Of a stretch of 64,000 nucleotides of DNA, positions 20,133 through 29,794 are shown piece by piece (within the stretch, counting starts at the first letter, position 1; every line of letters starts with the position of its first letter). A model generated the notes under the pieces. It worked only from the letters and a program-made list of their open reading frames with translations. It ran no database searches and was not told the DNA's origin. The DNA comes from an uncultured Gammaproteobacteria bacterium. Lineage in GTDB: Bacteria > Pseudomonadota > Gammaproteobacteria > Xanthomonadales > Rhodanobacteraceae. Made by a program: the position numbers and the translations under genes. The DNA lies in contig CAWGPI010000004.1 of the NCBI GenBank assembly GCA_963824525.1, positions 458,222 to 522,221 on the forward strand, given 5' to 3'.

Positions 20133-20891
20133 ATGCATCCCATTTCGCAGGTACCCGCTGGTGAAGCGACCGCCCATGTCGATGCGCAGGCTTTTTGCCA
20201 AGCCTGCGCGTTTTCCCGCGCATGCACCGCCATGGGCTACGGCAAGCGCGATTTGGCGGCTTTGCAGTGCCTCGTGGAGCATGCGCCGCCTTTAGCGGAA
20301 GGCGAGTACGTGGTTCGGCGGGGTGAGCCGTTTCGCGCGATCTACGCCGTGCGCACCGGCAGTGTGAAGGTGGCGCTGTTCAGCCGTGATGGCCGCGAAC
20401 AGGTACTCGGCTTCTATTTGCCTGGCGAAGTGGTGGGACTCAACGGCATTTATCCCGACTGCTATCCAAGCGATGCGATCACGCTGGAGCGGTCGACCTT
20501 CTGTCGCTTCTCGTTTCCCGCCATGAGCGATCTCGCAGCCACGGTGCCGGCGGTACGACAGCATCTGTTTCGCATGTTGAGCCGGGAGCTTGGCATGGCC
20601 AGCATGCTCGCAGGCGATCACACCGCCGACGAGCGAGTGGCGGCGTTCCTGTTGGACCTGGGGCAGCGTCACGGACAGCGCGGCCTGTCGGACACGGTCT
20701 TCCAGCTCACCATGTCGCGTAGCGACGTGGCCAGTTATCTTCGACTGGCACCCGAGACGGTAAGCCGGGTCCTCAGCCGGTTCCGCGCGAAGGGCTGGGT
20801 CTCTGTTGAAGGCAAGCGGGTGCAATTGCGTCATGTCGAGGCGCTGCGCGACACGGGTTTTGCGCTATGGCAGGTTTCCTCGGCGGCGTAG
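20133..20891 (+). CDS. fnr: Fnr/Anr-type Crp-family oxygen sensor
   Basis: N-terminal CQACAFSRAC, central STFC, HTH MSRSDVASYLRLAPETVSR; start placement uncertain. Confidence 0.88.
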   Translation: MHPISQVPAGEATAHVDAQAFCQACAFSRACTAMGYGKRDLAALQCLVEHAPPLAEGEYVVRRGEPFRAIYAVRTGSVKVALFSRDGREQVLGFYLPGEVVGLNGIYPDCYPSDAITLERSTFCRFSFPAMSDLAATVPAVRQHLFRMLSRELGMASMLAGDHTADERVAAFLLDLGQRHGQRGLSDTVFQLTMSRSDVASYLRLAPETVSRVLSRFRAKGWVSVEGKRVQLRHVEALRDTGFALWQVSSAA

Positions 20892-20901
20892 GCCGTACAC
20901 G

Positions 20902-21105
20902 TCAGCGTCGCGGTTCTTCGGCGTCAGTGGGCGTCTCGCTGCTGTTCGAAGGCCGTTCGGTGGCATCGGCCTCTTCCATCAGCGGCAACACGCCGGGACT
21001 CTCCAGGTCATCGAACTGCTGGTGGTTCACCGCCCAGAAGAAGATGGCGACCGCCACGATGACGATCAGCAAGGTGACGGGGATAAGCACCAGCAGAATG
21101 TTCAT
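20902..21105 (-). CDS. ccoS: cbb3 oxidase maturation protein CcoS/FixS
   Basis: MNILLVLIPVTL...FFWAVNHQQFDDLE; ATGA overlap with ccoI. Confidence 0.9.
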   Translation of the reverse strand: MNILLVLIPVTLLIVIVAVAIFFWAVNHQQFDDLESPGVLPLMEEADATERPSNSSETPTDAEEPRR

Positions 21106-23321
21106 GCGCGTACCGTGGGAGCTGGCGGACTGTCGCGACCGATGCGCCAGGCGTTGAGAACCACGACCAGCGAACTCGCCGACATGCCGATGGCTGCCAG
21201 CCACGGCGGCACCCATCCCAGCGCCGCGAAGGGCACGGCGCAAAGGTTGTATCCCAATGACCAGCGCCGGCCTTGGGCGATGACGTCGCGTACCTTGCAC
21301 GCCATATCACGTGCCACCACCAGTCCATGCAGTTGACCGTGCAGCAGGAGGAAGTCGGCGTGAGCCTGGGCGAGTTCGGTGCCTGAGGCCACGGCCGCGG
21401 AGACATCGGCACCAGCGAGGATCGGGGCGTCGTTGTTGCCGTCGCCCACGGCAAGCGTGATGTGGCCTTCGCGGCGTTTGCGTTCAAGCAGGGCGAGTTT
21501 GTCCGTGGGTGCTTGTTGTGCGTAGTGTTCATGCACGTTCAAAGCCGCGGCCATTTGGGTAACACGTTGCTCGGCATCGCCACTCGCGATCACCGTCGCC
21601 ATGCCTCTTTCCCGCAGCGCATCGAGCGTCTTTGAAGCATCGTCGCGCGCGGCTTCGTGCGCACGGAACGCGGCAATGGGGCCTTGTGCATCGGCAAGCC
21701 ACAGATTGTGGGAAGGGCATGAGGGTTCGGCTCCATCGAGCACGAACGCACCGCGCCCCAGCCGTAGCGTGTGGCCATCGACATTGCCGGAAATGCCTGA
21801 GCCGGGTGTTACTTCGACCTGCGTTGCCGTCGCCGGCCGATAGCTTGATGTTGCCTGCGCCACGGCACGGGCCATCGGATGTGAGCTCTCCCTCGCGAGC
21901 GCAGCGGCGAGAGCAGGCCACTCGGTGATGCGATCGGCGCGTACGTGGGTGGCTTCGCCGAGATCGATGTGGGGTACGGTCAGCGTCCCCGTCTTGTCGA
22001 AGACGGCGACGTCGACGCGCGCCAGGGTCGACAAGGCGGCGCTGTCCGCCACAAGCACGCCGCGCTGGGCGAGGACGCCTAGCGCCCGTACCATGGCGCT
22101 GGGTGCCGTGAGCGCAAAGGCACAGGGGCAGGCGATGACGAGCACCGCGACGGCCGACTCGAACGCCCGTGAGGGGTCGACGAGCAGCCACACTGCGGCA
22201 GTTCCAAGCGTAAGCAACAACACGCGAGCGACGAAGCGGCTTAGTTCCGCGTCATCCACCTGCATGGCGGCTTCACGTGCCAGACGCGTGCGCGTACTGA
22301 GGGCGCCGATGCGTGCGGCGGCGGTGTCATCGCCACTGCGCTCGACCCGAAGGCGCGCCGGTCCGCCGACCAGGACGCTGCCGGCCACCAGTGGATCACC
22401 ATGGTGCCGCGTGACTGGACGGGATTCGCCCGACAGCAAGGCTTCGTCCACCTGGATCGACGCACTCTCCAGCACACCGTCGGCGGGTACGGTGCCGCCT
22501 TCGGCGATATGCACCTGATCGCCGGGCAGCAGTTCGATCGCCGGCACGGTTTCCAGCTCGCCATTGGCGCGGAGGCGCTCTGCCAGCATCGGCGCGCCGT
22601 CGATCACGGCGTCGCCCAGGGCGCCACTGCGATGCCTGGCGCGAAGCTCGATGTAACGGGCCGCGAGCAGCAGAAATACAAACATGCTGACCGAATCGAA
22701 GTAGATCTCTCCCTGGCCGCGCACGGTATTGATCGCGCTGGCGAGAAACACCAGCCATACGGCGGCGGCGACGGGAAGATGGATACCCAGGCGTCGACGG
22801 CGCAGTTCCTGCAGCGCGCCCTGGACGAACGGGTGCGCCGAATAGAACACGATCGGTGCGGTGGAGATCAGGCCAAGCCAGCGAAACAGGCTGCGCGTGG
22901 TGAAGTCGACGAAGTCCACCACGCCGATGTAGATCACGAAGGCATACGTCATCACCTGCATGGCGCACATGCCGGCGACCAGCAAGCGCTTGAGCAAGTC
23001 GTGCGCCTCGCGCGAGCGCGTATCGTCGATGCTGTCGCTGCGCAGCGGTTGCGCGGCACAGTGCATGGCGGCGAGGGTTTGCAGCAGGGCGGGCAGGGAG
23101 GTGCGATCGCGATCCCAGATCACGCGCACGCGCCGCGACGGCGCATCGACATTGACCCGTCGCACGCCGGGGAGGGCATAAATGACCTGTTCCAGCCGTA
23201 GTACCTGACGCGCGCCCTGCAATCCGTCGACACGCAGCGCGACTTCGCTCTGCCCATCGCGCCGCGCGCGCAGCACCTGGGCCGCCAGCAGCGGATGTGC
23301 CCATGCTTCATACGTGTTCAC
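21102..23321 (-). CDS. ccoI: P1B-type Cu ATPase CcoI/FixI
   Basis: YFDS, SGES, CPC, DKTGT, HP, GDGNND, YN and MSASS motifs; located in the cco cluster. Confidence 0.88.
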   Translation of the reverse strand: MNTYEAWAHPLLAAQVLRARRDGQSEVALRVDGLQGARQVLRLEQVIYALPGVRRVNVDAPSRRVRVIWDRDRTSLPALLQTLAAMHCAAQPLRSDSIDDTRSREAHDLLKRLLVAGMCAMQVMTYAFVIYIGVVDFVDFTTRSLFRWLGLISTAPIVFYSAHPFVQGALQELRRRRLGIHLPVAAAVWLVFLASAINTVRGQGEIYFDSVSMFVFLLLAARYIELRARHRSGALGDAVIDGAPMLAERLRANGELETVPAIELLPGDQVHIAEGGTVPADGVLESASIQVDEALLSGESRPVTRHHGDPLVAGSVLVGGPARLRVERSGDDTAAARIGALSTRTRLAREAAMQVDDAELSRFVARVLLLTLGTAAVWLLVDPSRAFESAVAVLVIACPCAFALTAPSAMVRALGVLAQRGVLVADSAALSTLARVDVAVFDKTGTLTVPHIDLGEATHVRADRITEWPALAAALARESSHPMARAVAQATSSYRPATATQVEVTPGSGISGNVDGHTLRLGRGAFVLDGAEPSCPSHNLWLADAQGPIAAFRAHEAARDDASKTLDALRERGMATVIASGDAEQRVTQMAAALNVHEHYAQQAPTDKLALLERKRREGHITLAVGDGNNDAPILAGADVSAAVASGTELAQAHADFLLLHGQLHGLVVARDMACKVRDVIAQGRRWSLGYNLCAVPFAALGWVPPWLAAIGMSASSLVVVLNAWRIGRDSPPAPTVRA

Positions 23322-23533
23322 GGCTTGGCGCCCCGATGCTCATGGGTACTCGAAGGCACGCCGAACACCGCATGCGGTGCATCCACCGGATCATCGGCGT
23401 GTCGTGCGCCAAGCACGATCATCCACACGCAACCGGCCAGCGAAGCCCCGAAGACAGCCACTCCGAGCCAAAGTACCGGCTGCCGATACCAGTTCGATGC
23501 GGCGTGGCGCCGGGGTTTATCGCGGGTAGGCAT
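23318..23533 (-). CDS. Short CcoH/FixH-like membrane protein
   Basis: WYRQPVLWL plus one TM helix matches the FixH N-terminus; only 71 aa; between ccoP and ccoI. Confidence 0.6.
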   Translation of the reverse strand: MPTRDKPRRHAASNWYRQPVLWLGVAVFGASLAGCVWMIVLGARHADDPVDAPHAVFGVPSSTHEHRGAKP

Positions 23534-24425
23534 GGTCCGGGTGTGACAGGTGATAAACGTAGGCAGCCAGTACGCGGATCTGGTCCTCGCTCAGGCGCGG
23601 GCTCCATGCCGGCATATGGCCCTGACGGCCGCCGCGGATGGTGGCTTCGATATCGGTCACCGTGCCGCCATGCAGCCAGATCTGATCGGTCAGGTTGGGC
23701 GCGCCCAGCGCCTGGTTACCCTTGCCATCGGGACCGTGGCAGGCAGCGCACGTCGCAAACAGAGGCTTGGCGGCTTCCGCACGTTTTTCGTCGTGCGGCC
23801 TGCCGGAGAGGCTCAATACGTATTGTGCGAGGTTCCTTACGTTTTCCTCGCCCAGGCTCGCCCACGGCGGCATGACGCCAGCGCGGCCGTCGTGGATCGA
23901 GGTGAAGATGGCCTTGCCATCGCCGCCGTAGAGCCAGTCGTTGTCGGTGAGGTTGGGGGCGCCAAGCAACTGATTGCCGTTGGCTGAGCGACCATGGCAC
24001 GCCGCGCAATTGTCCAGGAACAGCCGCTGGCCCAGCTGTTGCGCGGCAGGATCGCCGGCAAGCTGCTCGATCGGATACAGCGAAAAGCGCTTCATCAGCT
24101 CGTCGAGCCGGGCGTTGTTGGAAGCCACATTGGCGGCCAGCTCAGCGTGGGACGTCCAGCCAAGCAGGCCCTTGAAGCGGCCAAAACCCGGAAACAATGC
24201 CAGATAGGCGAAGCCGACGATAAACATGGCGGCCGACAACACGATCCACCAGAGCGGCAGTTTGTGCACCCCTTCGCGCAACACGCCGTGGGCCCACACA
24301 TGGCCGCTGGTGCCGTCCTGTTGAACGGGGATCTTGGCACGTGGCGCCCACAGGAACAGGAATAGCGTGATGCCGAGGTTGAGCACCACCAGGAACATGA
24401 TCCACAACGACCAGAACAGGCTCAT
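23517..24425 (-). CDS. ccoP: cbb3 cytochrome c oxidase subunit III
   Basis: Two CAACH haem sites, GAPNLTD repeats, LPLWW. Confidence 0.95.
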   Translation of the reverse strand: MSLFWSLWIMFLVVLNLGITLFLFLWAPRAKIPVQQDGTSGHVWAHGVLREGVHKLPLWWIVLSAAMFIVGFAYLALFPGFGRFKGLLGWTSHAELAANVASNNARLDELMKRFSLYPIEQLAGDPAAQQLGQRLFLDNCAACHGRSANGNQLLGAPNLTDNDWLYGGDGKAIFTSIHDGRAGVMPPWASLGEENVRNLAQYVLSLSGRPHDEKRAEAAKPLFATCAACHGPDGKGNQALGAPNLTDQIWLHGGTVTDIEATIRGGRQGHMPAWSPRLSEDQIRVLAAYVYHLSHPDHAYPR

Positions 24426-24616
24426 GGCTGTGCATCCTTCGCGTCGGCATCTACCTTCGAATGCTCACTGGCCGACTCATCTTCCATCGGAAGCTCCGCC
24501 ATTCGCGAGAATGCTTTCTTATGACGACCGCTCCATGCCCATGCCCAGATGCAGATGAAGGTAAACATCATCACGACGATGATCACGCCCGTGAGGTGAC
24601 CCCAGATCTCGTTCAT
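24422..24616 (-). CDS. ccoQ: cbb3 oxidase subunit IV
   Basis: One TM helix then [14 protein letters not shown]; between ccoO and ccoP. Confidence 0.85.
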   Translation of the reverse strand: MNEIWGHLTGVIIVVMMFTFICIWAWAWSGRHKKAFSRMAELPMEDESASEHSKVDADAKDAQP

Positions 24617-25270
24617 GGCTCGCCTCCGTCGCTGGCCGCTTGGCCGTTCGCCGCCGCCGTCGGTTCGTTCTTGACGCCCAGACCTTGCAGGTAGGCGACC
24701 AGGGCATCCAGTTCCGTCTTGTCCTTGAGTGCGTCGGGTGCACTGGCGATATCGGCGTCGTTATACGGGTCGCCAAGTTTGCGCAGGCCGCGCATGCGCG
24801 CCTGGATGTCGGCGGCATCGAGCTTGGTTTCCGCCAGCCACGGATAGCCAGGCATATTGGATTGCGGCACGACCTTGCGCGGATCCATCAGGTGCAACTG
24901 GTGCCACTGGTCGGAATACTTGCCGCCGACGCGGGCGAGGTCGGGTCCGGTGCGCTTGGAGCCCCACTGGAAGGGCCGGTCGTACACCGACTCCTCGGCG
25001 ATGGAATAATGACCATAGCGCTCGGTTTCGGCGCGCAGCGCGCGGATCATCTGCGAATGGCAGAGATAGCAACCCTCGCGCACGTAGACATCGCGGCCGG
25101 CCAGGCGCAGCGGGTCGTAAGGCTTGACCCCCAGCGGCGCCCTGACCGAATGGGCTTCCATGAACAGCGGCGTGATCTCGGCAAGTCCGCCGATGCGACA
25201 CCATGACGGCGGTGAGGACACCAAGCAGCGCCGCGTGTTTCTCGATCATTTCGAAATGTTTGTAGGCCAT
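24613..25270 (-). CDS. ccoO: cbb3 oxidase subunit II, one apparent frameshift near 25196
   Basis: [33 protein letters not shown]; N-terminus [11 protein letters not shown] lies in another frame. Confidence 0.92.
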
Positions 25271-25281
25271 GGGTGCGCTCC

Positions 25282-26748
25282 TCAGCCTGCCACCGGCAGC
25301 GGAGCGGGCACCTGGTGCGGCTCAGGCTCGGGAATCGGCACCGGGATCGGCTTGATCAGGTGGGCACGCGCATCGGCCGCGGTGTGCCAGAGATTCCAGG
25401 CCATCACCACCATGCCCGACAGCACGAAGCAGCCGCCGGTCCAGCGGATCAGGTACATCGGCTTGATCGCGATCAGGCTGTCGAGGAACGAATAGGTGAG
25501 CGAGCCATCCGCATTGGTGGCGCGCCACATCAGGCCCTCCATGACACCGGCGGTCCACATCGAGCCGACGTACAGCAACAGGCCCGTCATGTGCAGCCAG
25601 AAGTGCACTTCCATGCCCTTGTTCGAATACATCGCCGGCCGGCCCAGTGCGCGGGGCGCCATGGCATAGAGCGAGCCGATGGTGATCATCGCCACCCAGC
25701 CGATCGAGCCCGAATGCACGTGGGCGATGGTCCAGTCCGTGTAATGCGACAGCGAGTTCACCGTCTTGATCGCCATCATCGAGCCTTCGAAGGTGGCGGC
25801 CGCGTAGAACACCAGCGACATCACCATGAACTTCGCGGCGGGATCGGTCTTGAGCTTCGACCACGAGCCGTTGAACGTGAGCAGTCCGTTGGCGGCGGAG
25901 CCCCAGCTTGGCATCAGCAGCACCAGCGAGAACGCCATGCCCACCGACTGCACCCAGTCGGGCAGCGCCGTGTACATCAGGTGGTGCGAACCGGCCCACA
26001 TGTACACGGAAATCAGTGCCCAGAAATTGACGATGGAGAAGCGGTAGCTCCACAGCGGCTGCTGCGCCTGCCGCGGCACGAAGTAATACATCATGCCGAG
26101 GAAGCCCGCGGTAAGGAAAAACGCCACCGCGTTGTGGCCGTACCACCACTGCACCATCGCATCCACCACGCCGGAGTAGACCGGATACGACTTGGTCAGG
26201 CTGATCGGCAGCGCGATGTTGTTGACGATATGCAGCAGGCCCACCGCAATGATGAAGGCGCCGTAGTACCAGTTCGCGACATAGATGTGGCGGATGCGGC
26301 GGCGCGCGAGGCTGGCGAAGAACACGACGCCGAACGAGACCCATACCATGGCGACAAGGATGTCGATGAACCATTCGGGTTCGGCGTATTCCTTGCTCTG
26401 CGTCATGCCCAGCGGCATGGTCGTCATGGCCAGCACGCAGATCAGCTGCCAGCCCCAGAACGTGAGCTCGGCCAGGCGTGGCAGGGCTAGCCGGGTGTGG
26501 CCGGTGCGTTGCACCACGTAATAGCAGGTGCCCATCAGGGCGGAACCGCCGAACGCGAATATCACGCCAAATGTGTGATCGGGTCGGATTCGGCTGAACG
26601 TCAGCCAGGGAATGTTGAAGTTGAGCGCGGGCCACATCAACTCGGCGGCGGCGTAAACGCCGACCGACATACCGATGATGCCCCATACGGCTGCGGCCAA
26701 CAGGAACAGGCGGACGACCTTGTCGTCGTAGTACTCGGTCACAGACAT
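25282..26748 (-). CDS. ccoN: cbb3 cytochrome c oxidase subunit I
   Basis: QWWYGHNAVAF, WAGSHHL, HYTDWTIAHVHSG, KEYAE. Confidence 0.97.
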   Translation of the reverse strand: MSVTEYYDDKVVRLFLLAAAVWGIIGMSVGVYAAAELMWPALNFNIPWLTFSRIRPDHTFGVIFAFGGSALMGTCYYVVQRTGHTRLALPRLAELTFWGWQLICVLAMTTMPLGMTQSKEYAEPEWFIDILVAMVWVSFGVVFFASLARRRIRHIYVANWYYGAFIIAVGLLHIVNNIALPISLTKSYPVYSGVVDAMVQWWYGHNAVAFFLTAGFLGMMYYFVPRQAQQPLWSYRFSIVNFWALISVYMWAGSHHLMYTALPDWVQSVGMAFSLVLLMPSWGSAANGLLTFNGSWSKLKTDPAAKFMVMSLVFYAAATFEGSMMAIKTVNSLSHYTDWTIAHVHSGSIGWVAMITIGSLYAMAPRALGRPAMYSNKGMEVHFWLHMTGLLLYVGSMWTAGVMEGLMWRATNADGSLTYSFLDSLIAIKPMYLIRWTGGCFVLSGMVVMAWNLWHTAADARAHLIKPIPVPIPEPEPHQVPAPLPVAG

Positions 26749-26804
26749 GCAAACCCCACCTTGAGCAATGGATGGATGGTGCTCTGATCAATCGACGCAC
26801 TTCG

Positions 26805-26818
26805 ATGACTTGGATCAA
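26805..26818 (-). promoter_or_regulatory. FNR box of the ccoN promoter
   Basis: Minus strand TTGAT-CCAA-GTCAT; CACCAT -10-like hexamer at class II spacing. Confidence 0.75.
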
Positions 26819-26919
26819 TTTTCCGCGATGATAGCCTTACAAACCCGCGGTGTGTTGCCGCGGTCTTCAGTGACCGGTGGCCGACCTTGCCCAAGGCGTG
26901 GCGACCAGCGGTCGATCTA

Positions 26920-26933
26920 TTGACCCGGATCAG
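26920..26933 (+). promoter_or_regulatory. FNR box of the fdxA promoter
   Basis: TTGAC-CCGG-ATCAG; CAGGCT at 26956-61 fits -41.5 spacing. Confidence 0.7.
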
Positions 26934-26988
26934 GGCGAAGGCTCGCTCGGGCTGGCAGGCTTTTCGTTCAGGTCGCTGGAGCGCTGGT

Positions 26989-27312
26989 ATGACCCACGTC
27001 GTCACTGAGAACTGCATCAACTGCAAGCACACCGATTGTGTCGAGGTCTGTCCCGTGGACTGCTTCCATGAGGGCGCCAATTTCCTGGTGATCGACCCGG
27101 ACGAATGCATCGACTGCACCTTGTGCGTCGAGGAGTGCCCGGTCGATGCGATCTTCGCGGAGGGCGACGTGCCGGCGGGGCAGGAGTCTTACCTGGGCCT
27201 CAATGCGGAGCTGGCCAAGCGCTGGCCAGTCATCGCCGCGAAGATTCCCGCGATGCCGGATGCCGCCGAGTGGGACGGCAAGCCGGACAAGTTGCGTCTG
27301 TTGATCCGTTGA
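26989..27312 (+). CDS. fdxA: 7Fe ferredoxin FdxA
   Basis: [26 protein letters not shown]...[12 protein letters not shown]; 107 aa. Confidence 0.93.
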   Translation: MTHVVTENCINCKHTDCVEVCPVDCFHEGANFLVIDPDECIDCTLCVEECPVDAIFAEGDVPAGQESYLGLNAELAKRWPVIAAKIPAMPDAAEWDGKPDKLRLLIR

Positions 27313-27339
27313 GCGGTGTCCGGTCCGTGATGCCGAGGG

Positions 27340-29277
27340 TCAGGCAGCGCGTGCCCGCCAGCGATTGATGGCGAAACCGAGGGCCAGCATCAACGCAACT
27401 GCCAGCTGGGCCAGCAGCGATTGCCAGGTCGGATAGATACCCAGCAGTTCTATGGAAGGAACCGGCGCCACCGTGACCGCCGTCCAGCCGGCTTCCTGCA
27501 ACGCTGCCACGCCCTTGCCCGTCAAGACGATGGCCAGCGCGGCGATGATCAGCGAGCTGACCGAGAAGAACACGCCAAGCGGGAGGCGCCGGCTGGTCCG
27601 CAGCAGCACATACGCGATCAGGCCAAGGATGCCGGCACCCGCTGCGATGCCGGCCAACAGCCAATGACCCTGGCCTTCGTTCCACAGCGCCGCATAGAAC
27701 AGGATGGTCTCGAACACCTCGCGGTAGACCGAGATGAAGGTCAGGCCGAAGACGAACCAGGCGGACTTGCGATCGAGTGCCGTGGCCATCTTGGCCTTCA
27801 GATAGGACTGCCAGCGCCCACCGATGCTCTTCTGATGCATCCACAAGCCGACACCTAGCAGCACCGCCGCCGCGAACAGCGACGACAGCCCCTCGGTCAG
27901 TTCACGGCTTGCTCCGCTGATCGAAATGGCGTAGCTGGCCACGGCCCAGGTCAGTGCGCCCGCCAGCAGGGCGAGCAGCCAGCCCGCATGGACATAGCGT
28001 GTGGCGTCGTGCCGGTCGGCCTTGCGTAGAAAGGCGAGCAGCGCGACGACGACCAGCAGGGCTTCCAGGCCTTCGCGGACGAGAATGGTCAGTGCGCCAA
28101 GGAAGATGGTCAGCGGGCTACTCGCTGCTTCGGACGTCACCTCGCCGGCCCGCGCCAGCATGGTGTCGATGGCCGATGCCTGCGCGGCGATCTCATCGCC
28201 CGACGTATCGTTCGACAAGGCCGTGCGATACGCACCCATGGCAGTCTCGATACGCGCGCGCAGTTCGCCATTGCGGGTATTGAGCTGAGCCTCCACCGGC
28301 TCCACGCCATCCAGATAGGCGGACAACGCGAGTTGCCTGGCTTCGTCCACGTTTCCGGCGCGATAGGCGGCCGTGCTGGCGGAGAGGCGGGCGCGTGCAA
28401 GCGCAATACCCGTCAACGCTTGTTGAACGGCCTGGGGATGTGCGCGCAGATAACCGATGATCAGCCTGGCCTGTGCCGCACCGAGCGTGTCGGACAACTG
28501 GGTGACCCGTGCGCGGGAAAGCTCGCTGAGCGAGGCGATTTCGCTGCGCGCGGCGTCATTGTCATGCCATGCGCGCGCTCCCTTGCTGGCTGCGTCGGGA
28601 TAGGCAAGCGTGCCGACGTAGTACGCGAGCGCCCAGCGATCGTCGCTGGACAGCGTGCTGGCGAAGCTCGCCATGGGCGTACCTTCCACGCCCTGGGTGA
28701 TCACTTCATAGAGCGACAGCGCACTGCGTTGGTCGGCGCGTTGCTGATGGGTGAAGTCGATCGGGCGTGGCGTGAGGCTGAGTCCCACCGGGCCGTCGCC
28801 GTGGCCACCCGCGCCATGACACGCCGCACACTGGCTCTGGTAGAGCACGGCGCCGCGCGCGAGATCGGGTGCGTGCGTCGGAGCCGTAGGCACGGGATAG
28901 CTCTGTAGCAGCGCATCCGCGAGTGCGTGCGCTTCGCGCGCCACTTGAGCCTGCGACGCCTTGGCGTCGATCGACGCCACCAGCTGATCTGCCTGCTGCT
29001 GCAGTGCGGCCGACCCGGGCGAGGGGGGCAGCGCGCGAATGCGCTCGCGTGCATTGCGCGCGAACTCACGCATCTCATCATATTCGGAAGCGCTGACCAC
29101 GGCGCCGTTGTTTACCGCGCCGGCGTAATCAGTGGCGAGGTAATCGAGCATCTGCCATGTCTGTGACGCGCTCGCGGGCGCGTCCGCAGCGTGCAGCACG
29201 CTCGCCATGCCAAGGCAGGCCCACAAGGTCAGCGTGTAGCTGAGCGCGAGGCGCCTAAAAATGCGAGTGGTTCTCAT
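27340..29277 (-). CDS. Cytochrome c/FTR1-family iron permease (PbrT-like)
   Basis: Signal peptide, LDYLATDY, CAACH, REGLE and REVFE motifs. Confidence 0.92.
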   Translation of the reverse strand: MRTTRIFRRLALSYTLTLWACLGMASVLHAADAPASASQTWQMLDYLATDYAGAVNNGAVVSASEYDEMREFARNARERIRALPPSPGSAALQQQADQLVASIDAKASQAQVAREAHALADALLQSYPVPTAPTHAPDLARGAVLYQSQCAACHGAGGHGDGPVGLSLTPRPIDFTHQQRADQRSALSLYEVITQGVEGTPMASFASTLSSDDRWALAYYVGTLAYPDAASKGARAWHDNDAARSEIASLSELSRARVTQLSDTLGAAQARLIIGYLRAHPQAVQQALTGIALARARLSASTAAYRAGNVDEARQLALSAYLDGVEPVEAQLNTRNGELRARIETAMGAYRTALSNDTSGDEIAAQASAIDTMLARAGEVTSEAASSPLTIFLGALTILVREGLEALLVVVALLAFLRKADRHDATRYVHAGWLLALLAGALTWAVASYAISISGASRELTEGLSSLFAAAVLLGVGLWMHQKSIGGRWQSYLKAKMATALDRKSAWFVFGLTFISVYREVFETILFYAALWNEGQGHWLLAGIAAGAGILGLIAYVLLRTSRRLPLGVFFSVSSLIIAALAIVLTGKGVAALQEAGWTAVTVAPVPSIELLGIYPTWQSLLAQLAVALMLALGFAINRWRARAA

Positions 29278-29278
29278 T
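29260..29278. promoter_or_regulatory. Fur box overlapping the FTR1 start codon
   Basis: AATGAGAACCACTCGCATT on the minus strand, a 19-nt imperfect palindrome. Confidence 0.7.
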
Positions 29279-29346
29279 TGTATAGTGTGCGCCTGCACCC
29301 CCCCGGCATGGAAGGGGGCGGCGACAGGCTCTAAGCCACTGCGGCA

Positions 29347-29766
29347 TTACGACACGATGTGCAGCGGCCCGACGATGGCTGATGGGTGCTCCAGTGAAAG
29401 CCGCCCCAGGTTCATCCCAATACTCAGGCCTTGGGCGACGCGTTCCGCCGTGCCGATGAAGAGCTCGGCGGTCGACGCATCGAACACCTCGCGAGCCGTT
29501 TCCCGCCACAGTGCCAGCCAGCGCCGAAAGAGCGCCTGCGGAAACCGCGGCAGCTCACGATGCACGCCCATGGGATTGCCGCGATAGCGGCCCGAGCGCA
29601 GCACGATGGACGACCAGAAGTCGCGCAGGATGCGCTTGTGCGCGGTCCAGTCCGCGATGGCGCCGTTGAAGATCGGCCCCAGCTGCTCATCCGCACGAAC
29701 CTTGTCATAGAAACGATCGACCAGCGTGGCAATGCCGACCTCGGTGGCCTTAGGGAAAAGCGACAT
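29347..29766 (-). CDS. Group III truncated haemoglobin
   Basis: LVDRFYDKVRAD..LGPIF, DW..H...DFWS, GNPMGVH, F.RWLALW. Confidence 0.9.
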   Translation of the reverse strand: MSLFPKATEVGIATLVDRFYDKVRADEQLGPIFNGAIADWTAHKRILRDFWSSIVLRSGRYRGNPMGVHRELPRFPQALFRRWLALWRETAREVFDASTAELFIGTAERVAQGLSIGMNLGRLSLEHPSAIVGPLHIVS

Positions 29767-29794
29767 GGAAGGTCTCCGGGTATAGTGAAATCGA

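Noticed and set aside
24613-25270. ccoO as a pseudogene
   Set aside because: Single-base insertion in an otherwise intact operon; probable read error
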